The notes beneath the pieces were generated by a model, which was not told where the DNA came from, made no database searches, and saw nothing but the letters and a program-made list of their open reading frames with translations. DNA of 29,925 bases from a virus (taxonomy: Duplodnaviria; Caudoviricetes): the IMG/VR virus record IMGVR_UViG_3300017912_003285, positions 1 through 29,925 of that record. One strand, given 5' to 3'. The position numbers and the translations under genes were made by a program. How positions within the stretch are numbered: position 1 is the first letter of the stretch; each line of letters starts with the position of its first letter. Below are positions 1 to 7,435 of the stretch, piece by piece.

Positions 1-141
1 GTTAACAATTCTAGTAGTGGAATTGATTTTGTTGATAATGCAAAAGCAAGATTCGGAACCGGAAATGATTTAAATATATATCATGATTCATCAAACACAA
101 TAATTGAAAACGAAACAGGTAATTTATTCTTAATAAATAAA
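1..141. repeat. Terminal direct repeat, copy 1 (identical to 29785-29925); circular-assembly overlap
   Basis: gttaacaattctagtagtgg...ttaataaataaa occurs at both contig ends, 141 bp, and the tail-fibre reading frame continues across the join. Confidence 0.95.
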
Positions 142-3100
142 GCCGATAACATGAGTATGATTTTTCAAAATGACGACTCAACCGGTGGAGTTGAAACTTA
201 TTTCTTTTTGGATGGGGGAAACACAAGTTCAAATCCAATAACTATTTTTCCTGATAATTCAAGACTTGCTTTTGGTGGTTCTCAAGACCTAGAAATATTC
301 CACGATGGTTCAAACTCTCGTATAAACGAAACAGGAACAGGTAATTTAATAATTCAATCTACAAATTTTCAACTGTTAAAAGATGATGGTGGAGAATTTA
401 TAATGCAAGGTATTTCAGATGCAGAGGTAGCATTATATTTTGATGGAAGCAAAAAGTTGGAAACTACAAGCACAGGTGTTACTGTTACAGGTAATATTAC
501 TTTTGGTGATAGTCATTTTATTGGTGATGACTCATTTGATAATTTACAAATATTAGCATCATCTGGCGAAAATGTTGTTATACAAGCACCAACAGGAAAC
601 CAAATAGACTTAAAAACAGCAGGTGGTTCAACTTTAAGACTTGATAGTTCACAAAACGCAACATTTGCAGGGGATGTTAGTCTAGCAGATAGTAAAAAAG
701 TACAACTAGGTGATAGTGCAGACCTAGAAATATTTCATACATCAGGCAATAATTTTATTTCTGCACCTGTCGGTGGTAATTTAATATTACAGGCAAACAA
801 TGTTACTGCTAGGTCAGTGGCACAAGAAACTATGATTACAGCAGTTGCAAATGGTGCAGTAGAGCTTTATCACGATAATAGCAAAAAGTTTGAAACCACA
901 AGTGCAGGTGTAACGATTACAGGAACATCTGCAAGTAATAGTCTTTTAATTAATGGTGGTGCTGATGCAATAGCCAAAGTATTAGGCACAACAACTGGTG
1001 CAAGACTAGATTTGCAAACTAACTCACATCATAGGTTTTTACAGACAGTAGAATCAGATGGTAGATTTAGATTTTACGACCAAACAAATGGTGCTGAAAG
1101 ATTTACCATCACATCATCTGGTCTGCTTGGGCTAGGCACATCAAGTCCTAACTATGCTTTAGATATTAGTAATGCTAGTGCAAATATATTAAATTTACAC
1201 AGACCTAATTCATCAACAGCAGCAGCATCATTTTTAGATTTTAGTTTTAATACAGCAAATGGTACTGAAGCAGTTTATGCAAGAATTAGAGCAGATGTTG
1301 AAGTAAATACTGATTCAGCACAAGGAGGAGACTTGACATTTCATACTGCTAACTCAGGTACTGTTGGAGAAGTTTTGAGACTTACTCAAGAGGGAAACGC
1401 AACCTTTGCAGGTAATGTAAGTTTAGCAGATAGTGGTAGAGCAAGATTTGGTGCAGGTGGTGATTTTGCGATATATCATAATGGAACTGACACTTTTTTA
1501 GATAATTCAACAGGTGATTTAAAGATAAGGAATTTCTCAGATGACAAAGACATTATATTTCAGTCAGACGATGGCTCTGGTGGTGTTGAAAATTATATAC
1601 AAATCGATGGGAGTGAGGGTAGAACTTTATTTAATAAACCAATAAGAATAAATGATAGTGTTGAATTACAGGTTGGTAGTTCGGCTGACTTAAAAATATA
1701 CCACGATACAAGCCACTCATATATTGATGATACTGGTGTTGGTAATTTAAGATTAAGAGGCAATGCAGGTGTTCAAATAATGAAATCTGCAAGTTCTGAA
1801 ATTATGGGAGAATTTATTGCAGATGGTGCAGTAAATCTATATCACGACAATAGCAAAAAGTTTGCAACTACAAGTACAGGTGTAAGTGTAACAGGTAATA
1901 TTACTGTATCATCAGGCGTTGCTATTTTTAATGATGGCAATGGTATTAATTTTGGCAATAGTGATGCAAAAATTTATGGTTCAACTGCAAATGGTATTCA
2001 ATTTAATGCTGGTGGCTCTGAAGCAATGCGACTTAATCAGTCTGGTAATCTAGGCATAGGCACAACAAGTCCCCAATTTAATTTGCACGTAGATGCAAGT
2101 GGAAGTGGTGTTATAGCAGGTTTTTTTAACGATACTGATACAACATCGGAAGAAGCACTGTTACAGGTTGGTGGAACTTTGACAGATAATTATGGTGTAA
2201 TGTTTGGGGCAAAACCTGAAGCAGACACACCATCGGTACAAGACCACGCATTTATAGTAAAAACAAATGATAGCACAGGCACAGACCATACTGAAAGATT
2301 TAGGATTAGTTCAGATGGTAAAGTAGGAATAGGCACAACAAGTCCCTCTGCCCAATTTCACACTATTGAAACAGGCAGTTCTAATACAGCCATTTTTGAA
2401 AATAGCTCACAAACATTTTCTTATACTGCAATTAAAGTTAGTGAAGCTGTAAACAATAAATCTGCTTTAAGTTTTGTTGTTGGAGATGCTTTAGCATCTA
2501 CTGATATATTCGGTGAAGTTGCTGGTGTTGTTGTTAATGATGGTGGCACTTTAAAAGGGGATATAACTTTTAAAACAAATGTAGGGGACAATTTAACTGA
2601 AAAAATGCGAATCACATCAGCAGGAAACGTGGGTATAGGAACAACAAGTCCAGGTGGTAATCTTCACGTTGTTGGTGCATCTGGTGGTGCAGGACAAATA
2701 TACCTTTCTGATGCCGACAATGGCACAGGAACAGTCGATGCTCTGTTGATTAGTAAGTCAGGAACAAATGCATTTATATATAATCGTGATAGTGGCAATA
2801 TTAATTTCGGTACAAATGATGTATCTAGTATTTTAACTTTAGACAACTCACAAAACGCAACATTTGCAGGTAATATAACTCTTAATGGAAGCCATACAAT
2901 AACAAACGATTCTAACGGGCATCTTAACATAAATAGTGCAAGTGGTAAACAAATATTTATAGATGCACAAGGTCAATTGAGATTAGATAGTGGTGGTGCT
3001 CAAGCTCTTACATTATCAAGTTCACAAGATGCATCGTTCACAGGTAATGTAAGTTTAGCAGATAGTAAAATATTAAGAATCGGCTCAAGTAATGACCTTG

Positions 3101-3366
3101 ACCTCCTGCACGATGGAACAAATACACAAATAAGCAACAATACAGGAGATTTACAAATAATAAATAATGCAGATGACAAAGATATTAGGTTGCAAACAGA
3201 TAATGGTTCAGGATTAGTAACTGATTACATACTACTTGATGGTAGTGATGTATCAACAAAAATATTAACACAAAAGGTAATATTGTCGAATTTACCAACA
3301 TCTGACCCAAATAATGCAGGTCAGTTGTATAATGAAAGTGGTTTTTTAAGAGTTTCTGCCGGTTAA
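1..3366 (+). CDS. Long repeat-built tail fibre / receptor-binding protein, C-terminal part (true start 29335; about 1271 aa in total)
   Basis: Frame is open from base 1 into the 151..3366 ORF. Gly/Ser/Thr/Asn-rich with recurring GxxGIGTTSP, DLxIYHD, NATFAGxVSLADS and DDKDIxxQxDxGSG motifs. Ends in LPTSDPNNAGQLYNESGFLRVSAG, a type of C-terminus common in phage fibres. Confidence 0.85.
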   Translation, partial: VNNSSSGIDFVDNAKARFGTGNDLNIYHDSSNTIIENETGNLFLINKADNMSMIFQNDDSTGGVETYFFLDGGNTSSNPITIFPDNSRLAFGGSQDLEIFHDGSNSRINETGTGNLIIQSTNFQLLKDDGGEFIMQGISDAEVALYFDGSKKLETTSTGVTVTGNITFGDSHFIGDDSFDNLQILASSGENVVIQAPTGNQIDLKTAGGSTLRLDSSQNATFAGDVSLADSKKVQLGDSADLEIFHTSGNNFISAPVGGNLILQANNVTARSVAQETMITAVANGAVELYHDNSKKFETTSAGVTITGTSASNSLLINGGADAIAKVLGTTTGARLDLQTNSHHRFLQTVESDGRFRFYDQTNGAERFTITSSGLLGLGTSSPNYALDISNASANILNLHRPNSSTAAASFLDFSFNTANGTEAVYARIRADVEVNTDSAQGGDLTFHTANSGTVGEVLRLTQEGNATFAGNVSLADSGRARFGAGGDFAIYHNGTDTFLDNSTGDLKIRNFSDDKDIIFQSDDGSGGVENYIQIDGSEGRTLFNKPIRINDSVELQVGSSADLKIYHDTSHSYIDDTGVGNLRLRGNAGVQIMKSASSEIMGEFIADGAVNLYHDNSKKFATTSTGVSVTGNITVSSGVAIFNDGNGINFGNSDAKIYGSTANGIQFNAGGSEAMRLNQSGNLGIGTTSPQFNLHVDASGSGVIAGFFNDTDTTSEEALLQVGGTLTDNYGVMFGAKPEADTPSVQDHAFIVKTNDSTGTDHTERFRISSDGKVGIGTTSPSAQFHTIETGSSNTAIFENSSQTFSYTAIKVSEAVNNKSALSFVVGDALASTDIFGEVAGVVVNDGGTLKGDITFKTNVGDNLTEKMRITSAGNVGIGTTSPGGNLHVVGASGGAGQIYLSDADNGTGTVDALLISKSGTNAFIYNRDSGNINFGTNDVSSILTLDNSQNATFAGNITLNGSHTITNDSNGHLNINSASGKQIFIDAQGQLRLDSGGAQALTLSSSQDASFTGNVSLADSKILRIGSSNDLDLLHDGTNTQISNNTGDLQIINNADDKDIRLQTDNGSGLVTDYILLDGSDVSTKILTQKVILSNLPTSDPNNAGQLYNESGFLRVSAG

Positions 3367-3380
3367 TCATTATTTTATAT

Positions 3381-3394
3381 TTTGTAAATTTGTA
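3381..3394 (+). promoter_or_regulatory. Putative promoter, Bacteroidota -7 type (TAAATTTG)
   Basis: TTTGTAAATTTGTA lies ~20 nt upstream of ATG 3414 and matches TAnnTTTG and the motif recurring before other structural genes. Confidence 0.55.
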
Positions 3395-3413
3395 ATAATA
3401 AAATCTTAAAATT

Positions 3414-3725
3414 ATGGCTATAAAATACGATTGGCATATAAATGGCTTTGATGCTAAAATTTCACACGACAGCAAATCAAATGTAATTTATGCTGTTCAT
3501 TGGAAATATTGGGGAAAAGATGGCGACCACAGTTCTGACATTATCGGTTCGGAACATTTTGAATATAATGCAGATTCTTTTATCGAATATGATAAAATTA
3601 AAAAAGAAGATGTTATTGGTTGGCTTGAAGCAAAACTTGACGTTGCAAAAATGAAAGAGTCTATAAAGGCTGTCATTGACGACAAAAAAAACCCAAAGGA
3701 CATCATGTTAATACCTGAATGGTAA
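3414..3725 (+). CDS. Fibre-associated small protein (putative tail-fibre assembly/chaperone), paralog 1
   Basis: Directly follows the fibre gene. The pattern YxWxI...V.WKY.G.D...SFI.Y..I..E.VI.WL is typical of small proteins next to phage fibres. Confidence 0.6.
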   Translation: MAIKYDWHINGFDAKISHDSKSNVIYAVHWKYWGKDGDHSSDIIGSEHFEYNADSFIEYDKIKKEDVIGWLEAKLDVAKMKESIKAVIDDKKNPKDIMLIPEW

Positions 3726-3726
3726 A

Positions 3727-4023
3727 ATGAATATTGATTACAGTTGGGATATAGTAAAAGTGAATTATGTCCTTAAAGAAGGTAATCTGTATTATGTTAT
3801 TAAAAACATTGAATACAAATACACAGGTATAGATTCTGAAACAGGAAATTCTTTTGTTGTGCCTGGAAATGTAGATTTAAAAAAACCCAATCCCGACAGT
3901 TTTATTCAAAGAGAGGACATCACAAAAGAAAATTATATTCAATGGCTTTTAAATTGTGGTTTGTCAGAACACTATCTACAACAAATAATTTTTTTTGAAA
4001 TTATGCAGAAAAATAAAATATAA
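3727..4023 (+). CDS. Fibre-associated small protein, paralog 2
   Basis: Aligns by eye with 3414..3725 (YSWDI, KYTGID, DSFI, KE..I.WL). Confidence 0.6.
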   Translation: MNIDYSWDIVKVNYVLKEGNLYYVIKNIEYKYTGIDSETGNSFVVPGNVDLKKPNPDSFIQREDITKENYIQWLLNCGLSEHYLQQIIFFEIMQKNKI

Positions 4024-4049
4024 TTTTTAATTTTAGCAAAAATTTAATT

Positions 4050-4202
4050 ATGCAATTATCACAAGAACAAATCAATCAAATCGTTAGTTTGCTTAACGAA
4101 TTACCTATAAAACACACACCGATTGCCCAGGCTATAAGTAAAGTTATGCAAGAGGCACAAGACAAAGAATCAGAAAAATCAGCAGAGCCTAAGAAAAAAT
4201 AA
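4050..4202 (+). CDS. Small hypothetical protein, 50 aa (MQLSQEQINQIVSLLNELPIKHTPIAQAISKVMQEAQDKESEKSAEPKKK)
   Basis: Read by hand, not in the ORF track. Fills the gap between 4023 and 4248, has an A/T-rich leader and an amphipathic helical pattern. Confidence 0.7.
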   Translation: MQLSQEQINQIVSLLNELPIKHTPIAQAISKVMQEAQDKESEKSAEPKKK

Positions 4203-4214
4203 GTAAATATTTTA

Positions 4215-4228
4215 TTCGTATATTTACA
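4215..4228 (+). promoter_or_regulatory. Putative late promoter/operator motif TTCGTATATTTACA
   Basis: Variant of the TTTGTAWWTTTACA motif, ~20 nt upstream of the tail tube ATG. Confidence 0.5.
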
Positions 4229-4247
4229 GTAATAAATTTTTAATCGA

Positions 4248-4658
4248 ATGGCTACAACTGGAATTTTTAATGGAACAATTTTAGTGCTAAAATATAACAA
4301 TGGCATTATTGGTCACACAACATCATGTTCACTAAGTTTATCTGCTGACACACCAGAGGCAACATCAAAAGACTCATCAGGGTTTTCTGAGTTTATACCA
4401 GGTGTTATGTCAGGTGAAATAAGTTTTGAAGGTCTTATTAAATATGATGATTCAACAAGCATCATTACTTTGACTGATGCTTTCTTAGCAAGAAATACTG
4501 TGACTGCTGTTTTTGGAACAACTGTGTCTGGTGATGCTGTGTATTCTGCGAGTTGTATAATTTCATCTTTAGAGCACAGTGCTGAAATGGAATCACCTGC
4601 AACATTCTCAGGAACATTGACATTGACTGGCACAATCAGCAAATCAACTAATGCTTAA
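4248..4658 (+). CDS. Major tail (tube) protein
   Basis: SLSLSADTPEATSKDS.G..EFIPG..SGEIS.EG and FSGTLTLTG are typical of siphovirus tube proteins; located upstream of the chaperone and tape measure. Confidence 0.85.
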   Translation: MATTGIFNGTILVLKYNNGIIGHTTSCSLSLSADTPEATSKDSSGFSEFIPGVMSGEISFEGLIKYDDSTSIITLTDAFLARNTVTAVFGTTVSGDAVYSASCIISSLEHSAEMESPATFSGTLTLTGTISKSTNA

Positions 4659-4666
4659 AAACATTA

Positions 4667-5044
4667 ATGGCTAAAAACAAAAAAAGAGGCTATGTCACAA
4701 TAGACATAGGCGACAAAAAACGTACCCTACATTTTAGCATGAATTTCTGGGCTGAGTTCACAGACCAGTTAGGTGTCGGTATTGACCAGATTGGCGATTT
4801 GTTTCAGCAAGGTTTTACAATCAAACAATTAAGGTCTTTAATATATTCTGGACTGATTGCATACGATGCTGAAAACAACATTCCTGTTGATTACAATGAA
4901 TATAAAGTCGGTATGTGGTTGAGTGATTTATCGCCTGATGCAATCACTGAAGTAATAAATGCCATGACACAATCCAAAATTCTTGGTGTGGATTTAGACA
5001 ATGAATTAAGACAGCCAGAAAAAAAAAATCAGACAAAGACATAG
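4667..5044 (+). CDS. Tail assembly chaperone (lambda G analog)
   Basis: Lies between tube and tape measure; an A10 slippery run sits near the 3' end. Confidence 0.8.
   Translation: MAKNKKRGYVTIDIGDKKRTLHFSMNFWAEFTDQLGVGIDQIGDLFQQGFTIKQLRSLIYSGLIAYDAENNIPVDYNEYKVGMWLSDLSPDAITEVINAMTQSKILGVDLDNELRQPEKKNQTKT
5018..5029 (+). other. Putative -1 programmed ribosomal frameshift site (GAA AAA AAA AAT)
   Basis: The -1 frame is open from the A-run (..K SDKDIVITFDTL MDYF..) into ORF 5065..5385, the canonical G/GT arrangement. Confidence 0.75.
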
Positions 5045-5385
5045 TAATTACATTTGACACACTGATGGATTATTTCATTGGTCGTGTTGGTATTGTGCCT
5101 GATGTGTTTTGGCGAAATACATGGGCTGAAAATGCATTAATGTCTGAGGCTTATCAAACAAAAGAAAACAAGGAATGGGAACGCACTAGATTGCTCGTCA
5201 GTATGATACATAATGTGAATTGCACAAAAAGGTCACAGATGATAAAACCCAAAGATGTCATTGAATTGCCGATTGATAAAATCAAAAGAAAAAAATCATT
5301 AGAGCCAAAAGGTGACCTTGCAAAAGTAAAAGCATTGGAAGAAAAACTAAGCCGGGCAAAGTGGATGCCCATAAACAAACTTTAA
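5020..5385 (+). CDS. Tail assembly chaperone C-terminal extension (lambda T analog), probably expressed as a G-T fusion
   Basis: G..P..FW..T..E......AY......EW...R pattern; -1 frame relative to the upstream gene and open upstream of ATG 5065. Confidence 0.75.
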   Translation, partial: KKKSDKDIVITFDTLMDYFIGRVGIVPDVFWRNTWAENALMSEAYQTKENKEWERTRLLVSMIHNVNCTKRSQMIKPKDVIELPIDKIKRKKSLEPKGDLAKVKALEEKLSRAKWMPINKL

Positions 5386-5386
5386 T

Positions 5387-5404
5387 TTTGTAAATTTACA
5401 TAAA
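5387..5404 (+). promoter_or_regulatory. Putative late promoter/operator TTTGTAAATTTACATAAA
   Basis: Near-identical 18-mers at 18047 and 21236; contains the perfect palindrome TGTAAATTTACA. Confidence 0.65.
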
Positions 5405-5412
5405 TTAAAATC

Positions 5413-7434
5413 ATGCCTGAAAGTAAATTAAGAGTTGATATATTAGCAAACGTACAAGGCTTTGACAGGGCAATGATGAAAGCCCAAAGTCGTCTAAGTT
5501 CTTTCGGTAAAAGTGCAACTAAAATTGGCAAAACATTGTCAATGAATTTAACACTACCAATAACTCTGGCCGGAACTGTCGCTGTAAATCAGGCCATAAA
5601 GTTTGAAAAACTACAAACCACATTAAATGTATTAACCGGCTCTGCTGACGAAGGTGCAAAGGCTTTTGAGAGGCTTGTTAAATTTTCAGCAGAAACTCCA
5701 TTTCAACTGGCAGACTTAGTGAAAGTCAACAACACCCTCATGGGGTTTGGTATGAGTGCTGACAGTGCTTATGAAAACACAAAAAGATTGGGGGATATTG
5801 CAGGTATTGTTGGGGGTGATTTAAATGGTATTGCTGTTGCATTTGGTCAAGCATCTGCTGAAGGTACGTTGTTTACTAGAGACATTAGGCAATTTATCAA
5901 CAACAGTGTGCCTTTGCCTAAATTATTAGCCAAAGAACTTGGGGTTGCTGAGGGTTCAATCATGAAATTAGCAGAACAGGGAAAAATATCTTTTGAAATA
6001 CTTGAAAGGGCTTTAAAAAATGCCACAACAGGCAGTGGTGAGTTTGCTGGTGGCACAAAAATTTTGAGTCAAACATTAGGTGGTCTTTTATCAACTCTAA
6101 GAGACAGGGTAAACATGGCCTTGGCTGAGTTTGGTCAAGCGATAGCAGAGGCTTTTAATCTGTCAGAAAACATACCTAAAATCGCTAATTTTATACAAGA
6201 TTTAACAGATAAATTTAAAAAATTAGAACCATCAACTCAAAGAGTTTTGGTGGTTTTTACAGGCCTCACTGCTGTGTCTGGGCCATTGCTTATTGTCATT
6301 GGTAAATTAGCAATGGGTATATCTGGAGCAATAAGGGTTGCAAAATTAGCAAGAACTGCTTTTATTGCACTGACAACAGCCATGAAAGCCAATCCATTTA
6401 TTTTGGTAGCAACTGCAATCGCAGGTGTTGTCTTGGCACTTAAAAACTTAAAAAGTGCTAGTGCTGTAAGACTAGAGGAATTTCAGAAAAGCCTTGAAAA
6501 CATATCAACAGAGGATGCACAGAAAAAGTTGCAAGAACTTACAGACAAATTAAAAGAAAACAAAGTTGCTGAAGAAGAACTTGCAAAAGTAAAGTCTGGC
6601 AGAAAAAAAGGCACTATGGCCAGAGACCTAAAAGATGAAAATTTAGAAATACAAAATCAAATTGACGTTTTAAAAGAATTAATAAAAGCAAGAAAAGAGG
6701 AACAGTTATTAGATACAGAGCCAGAGCCAAAAGCAAGAGGCCCTGTTGCCGGTATTACCCCTGGTTCTATGCCTGGGTTTGCTACAATGGGTGGTGACTT
6801 AGCCCAATCATTGACAGTAAATCCTGACATTGCAAAGAGAAATTCAGAAACAATTTTATCATCTTTAAGAAAAAATACTTCAAATTTACGTTTGGCAGGT
6901 GACCAAACTAGAGAGGCTTTTGCTGATATTTCTGGGGCTGTTGGTAGTGGTTTGGCAAATATAGCATCCGGTATTGGTTCTGGCAGTATGGGTATTGGTC
7001 AAGTCGGTGGAATGTTATTAAGCACACTTGGTGACATTGCAATACATTTAGGAAAAACAGCAATTCAAATTGGTCTGGCTATGGAAGCAATAAAAATGTC
7101 TTTTAAAAATCCATTTACAGCAATCGCGGCTGGTATTGCACTTATTGCCATAGGTAGTTTTATAAAAAATGCAGGAAATATAGTTTCTGGTGGTTCTGCC
7201 CCTAAAGAGTTTGCTAAAGGTGGTGTTGTAACTGGGCCAACACTCGGAATGATTGGTGAAGGTATCGGAACAAATAGAGGCAATCCAGAAATTGTTGCAC
7301 CACTTGACAGATTGCAAAGCATGATTCAACCAAGAAGCCAAAAAGTAGAAGTTGGTGGTCAATTTTCCATAAATGGTCAAGATTTGGTTCTTGTTTTACA
7401 AAGAGCAAATTCAGACAGAACTCGATTAGTGTAA
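5413..7434 (+). CDS. Tail tape measure protein
   Basis: Ala/Gly/Leu-rich and helical; FSAETPF tape-measure motif; C-terminal FAKGGVVTGPTLGMIGE..PEIVAPL; position after the chaperones. Confidence 0.92.
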   Translation: MPESKLRVDILANVQGFDRAMMKAQSRLSSFGKSATKIGKTLSMNLTLPITLAGTVAVNQAIKFEKLQTTLNVLTGSADEGAKAFERLVKFSAETPFQLADLVKVNNTLMGFGMSADSAYENTKRLGDIAGIVGGDLNGIAVAFGQASAEGTLFTRDIRQFINNSVPLPKLLAKELGVAEGSIMKLAEQGKISFEILERALKNATTGSGEFAGGTKILSQTLGGLLSTLRDRVNMALAEFGQAIAEAFNLSENIPKIANFIQDLTDKFKKLEPSTQRVLVVFTGLTAVSGPLLIVIGKLAMGISGAIRVAKLARTAFIALTTAMKANPFILVATAIAGVVLALKNLKSASAVRLEEFQKSLENISTEDAQKKLQELTDKLKENKVAEEELAKVKSGRKKGTMARDLKDENLEIQNQIDVLKELIKARKEEQLLDTEPEPKARGPVAGITPGSMPGFATMGGDLAQSLTVNPDIAKRNSETILSSLRKNTSNLRLAGDQTREAFADISGAVGSGLANIASGIGSGSMGIGQVGGMLLSTLGDIAIHLGKTAIQIGLAMEAIKMSFKNPFTAIAAGIALIAIGSFIKNAGNIVSGGSAPKEFAKGGVVTGPTLGMIGEGIGTNRGNPEIVAPLDRLQSMIQPRSQKVEVGGQFSINGQDLVLVLQRANSDRTRLV

Positions 7435-7435
7435 A

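Noticed and set aside
151-153. ATG 151 as the fibre start
   Set aside because: The frame is open upstream across the junction to ATG 29335.
1-3366. Fibre repeats as a diversity-generating retroelement (TR/VR) or invertible shufflon
   Set aside because: No reverse transcriptase or invertase is present, the repeats are direct and coding, and differences are not adenine-specific.
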